The notes under the pieces: generated by a model
The model's input: the letters and a program-made list of their open reading frames with translations, nothing else
What the model was told of the DNA's origin: nothing
The model's database searches: none
Origin: Trinickia sp.
Lineage (GTDB): Bacteria; Pseudomonadota; Gammaproteobacteria; Burkholderiales; Burkholderiaceae
Assembly (NCBI RefSeq): GCF_051961175.1
Contig: NZ_JBQCDN010000198.1
Coordinates: 3,987 to 67,986 of the forward strand
Direction: 5' to 3'
Length of the DNA: 64,000 nucleotides
Translations under genes and position numbers: made by a program
Shown: piece by piece, positions 37,832 to 46,608 of the stretch
Numbering within the stretch: the first letter of the stretch is position 1
How the letters are laid out: each line of letters begins with the position of its first letter

Positions 37832-40333
37832 ATGTCGCTTTCGTCGTTCTTCTGGATGCGCTCGGCAGGCTTTCCGATCAGCTGGCTCGAGCGTTTCGCG
37901 GTGCGGCTCGACGCGCAGTCGGTCGCGCGCTTTTACGCACTGACCGAATCCATCGAGGCGCGCATCGAGCGTATCCGGGAAGGTTTGCTGAAGGCCGGCT
38001 CGCCCGCGGCGTTGAAGGTCGTGCGCAAGCTGACCGAGGGCATGCCATTGACGGCCAAGGACTGGCCCGTCGATCAAACCGCACTGGCGGCTGCCGAACT
38101 CGAACCGTTCTATGCCGAACGCGCCGAGCTTGCGCAATTGAGCGCTGCGCTTGAAACGAGCTTCGGTACCGCTGCGACGCAGGCGCGTGGCGCGTTATTC
38201 GAGACGTTGCGCGACCCGCTGCTGCGCGAGGCCGTGTTCTTGTCCAACCCGAGCGCGCTCGAACGCGTCGAGACGTTGGCTGAATGTTCGCCGGAACGCG
38301 TCGACAACCGCATGCGGCAGCGTTTGCGCCTGGCGTGGAGCTATGTGCAGCGGCTGTGCGCGAAGAACGATACGACGAGCTTTTTCGGGCCGATCGCCTG
38401 GGGCGAATTCGGGCCGGCGGATCGTGCTGACGATCGTGCGTCGTCCTTCGACGTGACTGCCGGCGAAGGCGGCTGGATCGGCGAGCGGCGCACCTACTTC
38501 GAGCATTGGGTCATCTCGCGCGTGGCGATGGCGATGTCGGAAGACCCGGTGCTCGGCGAGACGCTGCCGATCTCGCTATCGCCTGCCTGCGCCCTGGTGG
38601 AAGGTGCGCTGCATGCGCCGGGTAATCGACGCATCGCTGTCGACGGCGCGCTCTTTGCCGTGCTCGACGAACTCGAAGCGCAACGGGCGCATGGCATCAA
38701 ACGGACGCTGCTGCGTGAGCGCTGCATCGCGCGGGGGGTGACCGAACAGAACGTCGATGCGGCTATCGACAGCGTGCTCGCCAAGGGCATCGCCACGCGC
38801 GGCGTGCGTGTCGCGACGGGGTTGAGCGACCCGCTCGGTGCCCTGCGCACCTACCTCGCGCACCTCGACGCGGGCCATCCGCGCACGCGCTTCTGGCGCG
38901 AGCTGTTCGATGCGCTGGAGCGCGAGCGTCAACGCTTCGCAACGGGCGGCCTCGACGAGCGGCGAGCGGCGCTTGCCGATTGCGAGACATTACTGGCTGA
39001 AAACGGCATCGACGTGAGCCGCGAACAAGGCAAGATGTACGTTGGCCGTTTTCCGTTCTACGAAGACTGTGCGCGCAATGTGCGTGTGCGTATTGCGGGT
39101 GACGTACGGCGCGCGATCGATACCGAGCTGGTGCCGCTGATGGCGCTCTACGATCGGCTGGCCGGTGCGATCGCCACGCAGGTCTGCGCCGCCTACGTGC
39201 GCATTCGGGCGAACGGTGACGTGACGGTGCGGCACGACTTGCTGTCGTTTGCGCGCGAATTGCAGCGTCACCGCGTGGCCGAGGAGACGGTTTCCGTCCT
39301 GCGTCCGCTGTTGCGCGCGGCATGGAGCAGCGTAGTGGCTGACAAGCGAGCCGTGGACGGCGAGATCGCGCTCGATGCCGGCGACCTCTCCCGGCTCGTG
39401 TCGGCGTTCGAACAAGCGGGCGTGTGTGCGCAGGATCCGCAGCCGCTAGGCACGCGCGTCCACTCCCCCGATTTCCTGATCGCGGCGGCCAGTGTCGAAG
39501 CGATTCGCGCCGGACAGTTCGATCTCGTGATCGGCGAGGTGCACCCGACCGTGCACACGGTATCGCAGCCTGTGGCACAGCCGTTCTGTCCTTACCAGGA
39601 CAACGTCCGCGACGAGGTGCGGGACACGCTCGGCCGTTCGCGCATGGTCGCGGCCGATTCCGACAGTACGTATCAGCGTTCGCATATCGATTGGCTCGAT
39701 GTGCCCGAGCTGTGGCAAGTCGAGATGCCCGGCGCGAGCGCACGCGTACCCGGCGAGCGGCGCGTGCCGGCGGCGCGGCTGAGGTTGATCGAACAGGACG
39801 GCACGCTGTTCGTCGAAGACGGTACGAGTGGACTGATCGAGCATCTGCTGACGGTGCTGCCGGGCGACTTCCATCGCGCCGCATTTGCGCTGGCCGCCGA
39901 CGTGCTGGGCGCGGGCATCGCCGATCGTATCCGGCTGGGCCGCACGATTGTCAAGCGCCGTACGTGGACGCTGCAAGCGAGCGAGCTGCCGATCGCCGAG
40001 CGTGTGGGCGAAAGCATGCCGGCCTTTCTCGCGTGGCGGCGCTGGGCGAGCGCGCTGGGCTTGCCGCGCCACATTTTCGTCAAGGCCGACACGGAGCCCA
40101 AGCCTGTATTCGTCGACTTCGACTGTCCGCTTTCGCTCGATGCGCTGACTTCCGTTTCGGCACGTGCGACGACGCTCGGCGTCTCGGAGATGCTGCCGGC
40201 ACCGCACCAAGTGTGGTTGACCGACGAGCGCGGCGCGTTCTGCGCGGAGTTCCGCACGTCGATCGTCGGCAGCAGCGGCGACGAGGGGGCTGCCGCCCCT
40301 GTTCGGCAACACGACGAAGAAGCCCTGTCGTGA
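37832..40333 (+). CDS. tglB: PEARL (peptide aminoacyl-tRNA ligase; small LanB-like without elimination domain), TglB-like
   Basis: 833 aa; RSAGFP, REAVFLSNP, YVQRLCAKNDTTSFFGP, YEDC, HSPDFLI, GEVH, LPRHIFVK..EPKPVFVDF, SEMLP..WL..EFR; no LanC in the window. Confidence 0.88.
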   Translation: MSLSSFFWMRSAGFPISWLERFAVRLDAQSVARFYALTESIEARIERIREGLLKAGSPAALKVVRKLTEGMPLTAKDWPVDQTALAAAELEPFYAERAELAQLSAALETSFGTAATQARGALFETLRDPLLREAVFLSNPSALERVETLAECSPERVDNRMRQRLRLAWSYVQRLCAKNDTTSFFGPIAWGEFGPADRADDRASSFDVTAGEGGWIGERRTYFEHWVISRVAMAMSEDPVLGETLPISLSPACALVEGALHAPGNRRIAVDGALFAVLDELEAQRAHGIKRTLLRERCIARGVTEQNVDAAIDSVLAKGIATRGVRVATGLSDPLGALRTYLAHLDAGHPRTRFWRELFDALERERQRFATGGLDERRAALADCETLLAENGIDVSREQGKMYVGRFPFYEDCARNVRVRIAGDVRRAIDTELVPLMALYDRLAGAIATQVCAAYVRIRANGDVTVRHDLLSFARELQRHRVAEETVSVLRPLLRAAWSSVVADKRAVDGEIALDAGDLSRLVSAFEQAGVCAQDPQPLGTRVHSPDFLIAAASVEAIRAGQFDLVIGEVHPTVHTVSQPVAQPFCPYQDNVRDEVRDTLGRSRMVAADSDSTYQRSHIDWLDVPELWQVEMPGASARVPGERRVPAARLRLIEQDGTLFVEDGTSGLIEHLLTVLPGDFHRAAFALAADVLGAGIADRIRLGRTIVKRRTWTLQASELPIAERVGESMPAFLAWRRWASALGLPRHIFVKADTEPKPVFVDFDCPLSLDALTSVSARATTLGVSEMLPAPHQVWLTDERGAFCAEFRTSIVGSSGDEGAAAPVRQHDEEALS

Positions 40334-40361
40334 AGCGTGGTGTTCGATTCGGAGAAGCCTC

Positions 40362-42038
40362 ATGAGCGACAGCGAAGCCGATTTGCCGCGTCGTGACGCC
40401 AATTTTGCCGCGCTCACGCCGCTCGACTACATCGCGCGTGCGGCCGAGGTGCACGGCGACCGGCCGGGTGTCGTGCACGGTCCCGTGCGCCGTAACTGGC
40501 GCGATACCTACGCGCGCACGCGACGCCTCGCAAGTGCGCTCGTGCAGGCCGGGGTCGAACGTGGCGACGTGGTGGCCGTGTTGATGCCGAATACGCCAGC
40601 GATGATCGAGGCGCATTTCGGCGTGCCGATGGCCGGCGCGGTGTTGGCCGCGCTGAACCACCGGCTCGATGCCGCGTCGCTCGTCTATATGCTCGGGCAT
40701 TGCGGGGCGAAGGTGCTGCTCGTCGATGTCGAGTTCGCGGTGCGCGCGCTCGAGATCGAAGCGGCCTGTCCGCACCTGCGCGTGATCGTCGATATGGATC
40801 CCGTCGCGCCGGTCGCGTTCTCGCTAGACCACATGCACGGCTGGACGGTTTATGAAGACTTTCTCGCCGGCGGCGATCCGCATTTCACGTGGCTGCGCCC
40901 GCTCGACGAGTGGGACGCGATCGCCCTGAACTACACGTCGGGCACGACCGGCAAGCCCAAGGGTGTCGTGCTGCATCATCGCGGCGCGGCGCTCAGTGCA
41001 CTCAGCGTCGTGCTCGACTGGGATATGCCGATGCACCCGGTGTACCTGTGGACGCTGCCGCTGTTTCACTGCAACGGCTGGAGCTGCGCGTGGGCACTGG
41101 CCGCACGTGCCGGGGCGAACGTGTGCTTGCGGCGCGTCGATGCGGCGCGCGTCGTCGATCTGATGTGCGCCGAAGGCGTCACCCACTATTGCGGCGCACC
41201 GATCGTCCAGACGCTGCTCGCCGACGAAATCGACGCGCGCCTCGACCAGTGGCATGCACGCGGCGCGCGCGCCGTGCACGCGTTGCTGGCCGGCGCCGCG
41301 CCCTCGCCGACATTGATCGATCGGCTCGAAACGCTGGGCATCGTGCCCTCGCACGGCTACGGCCTGACGGAAACCTACGGCCCAGCCGCGATCTGCGTGC
41401 CGCGCGACGAATGGGCTGCGCTCGATTCCGCGGAGCGCGCGGCGCACCGCGCGCGGCAGGGCGTGGCGTATCAATTGCAGCGCGGGTTGACGGTCAGGCA
41501 TCCCGACACGCTCGAGCCCGTGCCCGCCGACGGTACGACCATCGGCGAATTGATGTTCCGCGGCAACCTGTGCATGAAGGGCTACCTCGCCAACGCGGAG
41601 GCGACCGACAAGGCATTCGCGGGCGGGTGGTTTCACACTGGCGATCTGGCCGTGCAATGGCCCGACGGCTATGTGCAGATCAAGGATCGCAGCAAGGACA
41701 TCATCATTTCGGGCGGCGAGAACATTTCCAGCATCGACGTCGAGAACGCGCTCTATCAACATCCGGCCGTAAGCGCGGTGGCCGTGGTCGCGATGCCCGA
41801 CGACAAGTGGGGCGAGGTGCCGTGCGCATTCGTCGAGATCCGCCCGAACATGCAGGTGAGCGCGGACGAACTCATCGCGCACTGCCGTACGCGGCTGGCC
41901 GGTTTCAAGATGCCGAAGGCGATCCGCTTCGAGCCGCTGCCCAAGACATCGACGGGCAAGATCCAGAAACACGAACTACGCGCGCGGCTCGCGGTGGCGC
42001 TGCGCGAAGCCGTTGCAGGGACACCTGTTTCCACTTAG
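40362..42038 (+). CDS. Acyl-CoA synthetase (AMP-binding)
   Basis: ANFAALTPL, YTSGTTGKPKG, GYGLTETYGP, WFHTGD, DRSKDIIISGGENI, PKTSTGKIQK. Confidence 0.92.
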   Translation: MSDSEADLPRRDANFAALTPLDYIARAAEVHGDRPGVVHGPVRRNWRDTYARTRRLASALVQAGVERGDVVAVLMPNTPAMIEAHFGVPMAGAVLAALNHRLDAASLVYMLGHCGAKVLLVDVEFAVRALEIEAACPHLRVIVDMDPVAPVAFSLDHMHGWTVYEDFLAGGDPHFTWLRPLDEWDAIALNYTSGTTGKPKGVVLHHRGAALSALSVVLDWDMPMHPVYLWTLPLFHCNGWSCAWALAARAGANVCLRRVDAARVVDLMCAEGVTHYCGAPIVQTLLADEIDARLDQWHARGARAVHALLAGAAPSPTLIDRLETLGIVPSHGYGLTETYGPAAICVPRDEWAALDSAERAAHRARQGVAYQLQRGLTVRHPDTLEPVPADGTTIGELMFRGNLCMKGYLANAEATDKAFAGGWFHTGDLAVQWPDGYVQIKDRSKDIIISGGENISSIDVENALYQHPAVSAVAVVAMPDDKWGEVPCAFVEIRPNMQVSADELIAHCRTRLAGFKMPKAIRFEPLPKTSTGKIQKHELRARLAVALREAVAGTPVST

Positions 42039-42104
42039 TCATCAAGCTGATGAAGCTGATGAAGCTGATTGAGCCAGCCTCAGAACACACAAGGAGAACC
42101 CACG

Positions 42105-43271
42105 ATGGATGAGCGTGCGATTGCATCGGAGCCCGTTGGCTTCAAGCCCAAGAAGTCCGTTGCGCTGTCAGGCGTGGTGGTCGGTGATTCGCGCCTGTGC
42201 ACGGTGGGCCGCGCGGGCAACGACTTGCACTATCGCGGCTACGACATTCTCGATATCGCCGACGTGTGTCAATTCGAAGAGATCGCGCACTTGCTCGTGC
42301 ATGGCAAGCTGCCGAACGCGGTGGAGCTCGTGGCCTACAAGGCCAAGCTCAAGTCGTTGCGCGGCCTGCCCGCGGCCGTGAAGCAGGCCCTCGAAGCGAC
42401 GCCGGCCGGTGCGCACCCGCTCGATGTCTTGCGCACAGGCGTGTCGGTGCTCGGCACCGTGCTGCCGGAAAAAGACGACCACGGCATCTCGGGCACGCGC
42501 GACATCGCCGACCGCCTGATGGCATCGCTCGGGTCGATGATGCTGTACTGGTTTCACTTTAGCAAGAACGGCCGGCGCATTGACGTCGAGACCGACGACG
42601 ATTCGATCAGCGGCCACTTCCTGCACCTGCTGCACGGCCGTCCCGCACCCGAGCCGTGGGTGCGCGCGCTGCACACCTCGTTCAACCTGTACGCCGAGCA
42701 TGAATTCAACGCGTCGACGTTCACGGCACGTGTGATCGCGAGCACGGGCTCGGACTTCTATTCGGCCATCACGGGCGCGATCGGCGCACTGCGCGGGCCC
42801 AAGCACGGTTGCGCGAACGAAGTCGCGTTCGAGATCCAGAAGCGTTACGACACGCCCGACGAAGCGGAAGAGGACATCCGCCGTCGCATCGAAAAGAAGG
42901 AAGTCATCATCGGCTTCGGCCATCCCGTATACACGGTGGCCGATCCGCGCCATCAGGTGATCCGTTCGGTGGCCGAACGCCTGTCCGACGCGGCGGGCAA
43001 CCGCAAGATGTTCGACATCGCCGAGCGCATCATGCACGTGATGCGCGACACGAAGAGGATGTTCCCGAACATGGACTGGTTCTCGGCCATCGCTTACAAC
43101 CAGATGGGCGTGCCCACGGCGATGTTCACGCCTATCTTTGCGATCGCGCGCACTTCGGGATGGAGCGCGCATGTGATCGAGCAGCGCATCGACAACAAGA
43201 TTATTCGCCCGAACGCGAACTACGTCGGCCCGGACAATCAACGCTTCGTGCCGCTCGATGCGCGGCCATAG
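42105..43271 (+). CDS. prpC: 2-methylcitrate synthase / citrate synthase family paralog
   Basis: [54 protein letters not shown]; RBS AAGGAG; no prpB/prpD/acnD nearby. Confidence 0.8.
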   Translation: MDERAIASEPVGFKPKKSVALSGVVVGDSRLCTVGRAGNDLHYRGYDILDIADVCQFEEIAHLLVHGKLPNAVELVAYKAKLKSLRGLPAAVKQALEATPAGAHPLDVLRTGVSVLGTVLPEKDDHGISGTRDIADRLMASLGSMMLYWFHFSKNGRRIDVETDDDSISGHFLHLLHGRPAPEPWVRALHTSFNLYAEHEFNASTFTARVIASTGSDFYSAITGAIGALRGPKHGCANEVAFEIQKRYDTPDEAEEDIRRRIEKKEVIIGFGHPVYTVADPRHQVIRSVAERLSDAAGNRKMFDIAERIMHVMRDTKRMFPNMDWFSAIAYNQMGVPTAMFTPIFAIARTSGWSAHVIEQRIDNKIIRPNANYVGPDNQRFVPLDARP

Positions 43272-43308
43272 CACCAAGAACACCAAGATCTACGCGAGGA
43301 GAGACTCA

Positions 43309-44136
43309 ATGCAATTGAAGCGAAAGCATGCGTCGATGCTTGCGCTGGCGGCCGTGCTGTCGGCACTGGCCGCCGGTGCGGCGTATGGGGACGACGATCT
43401 CGACGCGCGTATTGCCGCGCTGCCGCCGGGCCCCGATACCGATGCGATCGTGCTCGGGCGCAACATCACGTTCGACACACCGCACTACGCACCGGGCCAT
43501 GTGTCCGGCAACGCAATATCGTGTGCGAGCTGCCATATCGGCGGCGGAATGCAGCCGAAGGCGTCGCCATGGGGGGGCATCACGGGCGTGATGCCTTCCT
43601 ACAGCGGGCGCAGCGCGACCGTCGAATCGCTGTCGCAGCGGATCAACAACTGCTTCGTGCGCTCCGAGAACGGCACGCCGATCGCGTTCGATTCGCCCGA
43701 GATGAACGGCCTGCTCGCCTATATGGCCTTTCTGTCGCGCGGCGTGAAGGGCGGCGAGTTCGTGGCGGGCCGTGGCATGGGAAAGATCGAGAACATCTCG
43801 AACATGACGCCCGACCGGGTGCATGGCCAAGCCGTCTATACCCAGCAATGCGCGTCGTGCCATGGTGCGAACGGCGAGGGCATGAGCACGGGTGGCACAT
43901 TCTCGATTCCGCCGCTGTGGGGCGACGCGTCATACAACATCGGCGCGAGCATGGCGCGGCTCGGCCCGGCTGCGGCGTTCATCAAGCACAACATGCCGCT
44001 CGGCCGGGGCGATACGCTGACCGATCAGGAGGCGGTCGACGTGGCGGCCTATGTGACGCAGCAGCCGCGGCCCGACTTTCCACCCAAGGTCAACGATTGG
44101 CCCAAGGGCGGCAAGCCCGCCGATGCCCGTTATTGA
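43309..44136 (+). CDS. Periplasmic diheme cytochrome c, TsdA (thiosulfate dehydrogenase)-like
   Basis: Signal peptide; two CASCH heme motifs; RINNCFVRSENG (heme-ligating Cys motif), PPLWG, GASMAR, KHNMP. Confidence 0.75.
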   Translation: MQLKRKHASMLALAAVLSALAAGAAYGDDDLDARIAALPPGPDTDAIVLGRNITFDTPHYAPGHVSGNAISCASCHIGGGMQPKASPWGGITGVMPSYSGRSATVESLSQRINNCFVRSENGTPIAFDSPEMNGLLAYMAFLSRGVKGGEFVAGRGMGKIENISNMTPDRVHGQAVYTQQCASCHGANGEGMSTGGTFSIPPLWGDASYNIGASMARLGPAAAFIKHNMPLGRGDTLTDQEAVDVAAYVTQQPRPDFPPKVNDWPKGGKPADARY

Positions 44137-44143
44137 GCACGCG

Positions 44144-44806
44144 ATGCGAGGCGAGAGCACAACCTCCAATCTGAACACGTTCGCCGGGCCGGGCGTGTCG
44201 TCGCATGGACGCCTGCCGGCGCCGATTTCGCCCGCCGCGCTGTTCACCGCGTTCGCCACGATCGGGATGTGCGGCTTCGGCGGCATCCTGCCGTGGGCGC
44301 GGCGGACGCTCGTCGATACGAAAGCGTGGCTGACGGACCAGGAATTTACCGAACTGCTTGGCTTCGCCCAGGTACTGCCAGGCGCGAACGGGACGCACCT
44401 CGCCGTGATGTTCGGTGCGCGAAGGTGCGGCTGGCGCGGAGCCTTGGCCGCGGTCACTGGCCTCTTGCTTGCGCCGTTCGTCATTCTGATCGCGCTCGCG
44501 CTGCTCTACCGGTGGTACGGCAAGCTGCCCGAGGTACATGGTGCGTTGAAAGGGATGGCTGCGGTGGCCGCGGGCCTCAGTATCGAGACCGGCCTGCGCC
44601 TGGCGCGCGCGTTGACCCGTCGCATTCACACGATCGTGCTCGCTTCGTTGCCTTTCATCGCGATTGCGGTCTTGCATCTGCCGCTCGTCGACGTGATGCT
44701 GGTGCTCGTGCCCGCAGCGATCGCCTGCGAATTCGCGATGCGCAGGCACGCCAGCTCGGCGGCCCGCGGCATCGACGGCGGCAAGCAGGGAGGGCGGGCG
44801 TCGTGA
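44144..44806 (+). CDS. Short-chain CHR (chromate/oxyanion) transporter subunit 1
   Basis: GMCGFGG, WLTDQEF, AQVLPGAN. Confidence 0.8.
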   Translation: MRGESTTSNLNTFAGPGVSSHGRLPAPISPAALFTAFATIGMCGFGGILPWARRTLVDTKAWLTDQEFTELLGFAQVLPGANGTHLAVMFGARRCGWRGALAAVTGLLLAPFVILIALALLYRWYGKLPEVHGALKGMAAVAAGLSIETGLRLARALTRRIHTIVLASLPFIAIAVLHLPLVDVMLVLVPAAIACEFAMRRHASSAARGIDGGKQGGRAS

Positions 44807-45360
44807 ACCTGAACCTGAACCTGAACCTGAGCTTGACGCGCGTGCTGGCGCTGCATTTCTTCCTGATCTCGCTGATCGCGTTCGGCGGTGCAAGCGCGGT
44901 GTTGCCGGAGATGCATCGCTTTCTCGTCGACGATCTACGTCTGATGACCGATCAGGACTTCATCGCGCTGAATGCGCTCGCGCAGGCGGCCCCGGGTCCG
45001 AACGTGCAGATCGTGGCGATGTACGGCTTCTGGGTCGCGAGCCTGCCTGGCGCACTGGCCTCGATCGGTGCGATGTGCGGGCCGACGTCGCTGCTCGCGT
45101 TCGCCGTCGAGACGCTCGGCGCACGCCACAGCGGCACCGAATGGCACAAGCTGATTCGGCGCTCGCTGGCGCCGCTCACCGTGGGGCTCGTGCTGGCGAC
45201 GGGCTGGATCTTGTCGGTCGGCGCTTCGCACATGGACGATCGCTGGGTGCGCACGTTGCTACTGACGGCGGCGGCGACAGGCATCGCGATGACGCGGCGT
45301 CTCAATCCAATCTATCTCATCGCGGCGGGCTGCCTGCTCGGCGCAGTGGGGCTCGTTTGA
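44803..45360 (+). CDS. Short-chain CHR transporter subunit 2
   Basis: SLIAFGG, AQAAPGPN, LAPLTVGL; GTGA coupling. Confidence 0.8.
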   Translation: MNLNLNLNLSLTRVLALHFFLISLIAFGGASAVLPEMHRFLVDDLRLMTDQDFIALNALAQAAPGPNVQIVAMYGFWVASLPGALASIGAMCGPTSLLAFAVETLGARHSGTEWHKLIRRSLAPLTVGLVLATGWILSVGASHMDDRWVRTLLLTAAATGIAMTRRLNPIYLIAAGCLLGAVGLV

Positions 45361-45370
45361 TGTTTTGCAA

Positions 45371-45405
45371 TTGACATTTGACATTCGACATTTGGAATTT
45401 GACGC
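45371..45405 (+). repeat. Five degenerate 7-bp tandem units upstream of the DAHP synthase
   Basis: TTGACAT TTGACAT TCGACAT TTGGAAT TTGACGC; includes two perfect TTGACA hexamers. Confidence 0.7.
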
Positions 45406-45453
45406 GACGCAGGCGTACGTGCGTTGCATCCAACGATCATCGAGGCCAAAAAC

Positions 45454-46584
45454 ATGAACGGAGACCATGACCCCCGCAGTGCCGATTACGGTGGACGGAT
45501 CGCGGATGTCGCGCCGCTGCCGTCCCCGGCGGAACTGTCCACCGTGTTGCCCGGTGCGGCGGCCGCGGACACCGTCGAACGGGCGCGGCGCGCACTGGGC
45601 GCGATCGTCGCGCGCGAAGACGATCGTCTGGCGCTCGTCGTCGGGCCGTGTTCGATTCATGACGTCGACGCGGCGCTCGCCTATGCGGAAAAAATCGCGG
45701 CGCTGCGGCGCGTGTATGCGGACGACGTCGAAATCGTCATGCGTACTTACTTCGAAAAGCCGCGCACGATCGATGGATGGAAGGGTCTGCTCAACGATCC
45801 GTTGCTCGACGGCAGCGGCGATGTGCGGCTCGGCCTGCGGCTTGCGCGGCGCCTGCTCATCGATATCAATTTGCTGGGCGTACCGGCGGCGACCGAATTC
45901 CTCGAACCCGCAGCCGCGCACTTTCTAAGTGATCTTGTCGCGTGGGGCGCGATTGGCGCGCGCACGGCGGAGTCGCAGATCCATCGACAGCTCGCCTCGG
46001 GGTTGCCGTGCCCGATCGGCTTCAAGAACGGCACCGACGGCAATGTGACGATCGCGGCCGATGCGTTGGCGGCGGCGAGCCGCCCGCATCAGTTCCTTTC
46101 GGTCTCACCCGACGGCACGCTGGCGGCGATCGGCACGACCGGCAACGCGGCCTGCCATCTGGTGCTGCGCGGCGGCAAGGAGCCCAATTACGACGCGCAG
46201 AGCATCGCGCAGGCGTGTGCCGCACTCGCGCAGCGCGGCTTGCCCGAGCGCGTGGTCATCGATGCGTCGCACGGCAACAGCCGCAAGCGTCATGCGAACC
46301 AACTGCTCGTCTGCGATTACCTGGCGCGGATCGTGGCCGAGGGCAACGCGGCCGTCGTGGGCGTGATGATCGAGTCCAATCTTGTCGACGGCCGTCAGGA
46401 TCTGCGGGCAGGCTGCGAACTCGTGTACGGGCAGAGCATCACGGATGCGTGCATCGGCTGGGCCGACACCGAGCGCGTGGTCGAGCAGCTGGCGCTGGCG
46501 GTACGTCATCGGCGCACGGCCGGCCAAGCCCGGCGCACACGGCTCGGCGGCCTGCCCAATCTGGAAACACTCGTTAACGCTTGA
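45454..46584 (+). CDS. DAHP synthase, class I-alpha (AroF/G/H-like)
   Basis: GPCSIHD, YFEKPRT..GWKG, GAIGART.ESQ.HR, GFKNGTDG, LRGG, DASHGNS, GVMIES, YGQSITDACIGW. Confidence 0.93.
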   Translation: MNGDHDPRSADYGGRIADVAPLPSPAELSTVLPGAAAADTVERARRALGAIVAREDDRLALVVGPCSIHDVDAALAYAEKIAALRRVYADDVEIVMRTYFEKPRTIDGWKGLLNDPLLDGSGDVRLGLRLARRLLIDINLLGVPAATEFLEPAAAHFLSDLVAWGAIGARTAESQIHRQLASGLPCPIGFKNGTDGNVTIAADALAAASRPHQFLSVSPDGTLAAIGTTGNAACHLVLRGGKEPNYDAQSIAQACAALAQRGLPERVVIDASHGNSRKRHANQLLVCDYLARIVAEGNAAVVGVMIESNLVDGRQDLRAGCELVYGQSITDACIGWADTERVVEQLALAVRHRRTAGQARRTRLGGLPNLETLVNA

Positions 46585-46608
46585 ACAAGCGCGGCTCGAT
46601 CGATACCG

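Noticed and set aside
37832-40333. Class I lanthipeptide dehydratase / lanthipeptide cluster
   Set aside because: No LanC, no elimination domain and no Cys in the peptide; size and context fit a PEARL.
42105-43271. Housekeeping methylcitrate cycle operon
   Set aside because: prpB, prpD/acnD, prpF and prpR are absent and the gene lies inside a biosynthetic operon.
42044-45405. Short tandem repeats as a CRISPR array
   Set aside because: Units are 6-9 bp, have no spacers, and no cas genes are present.
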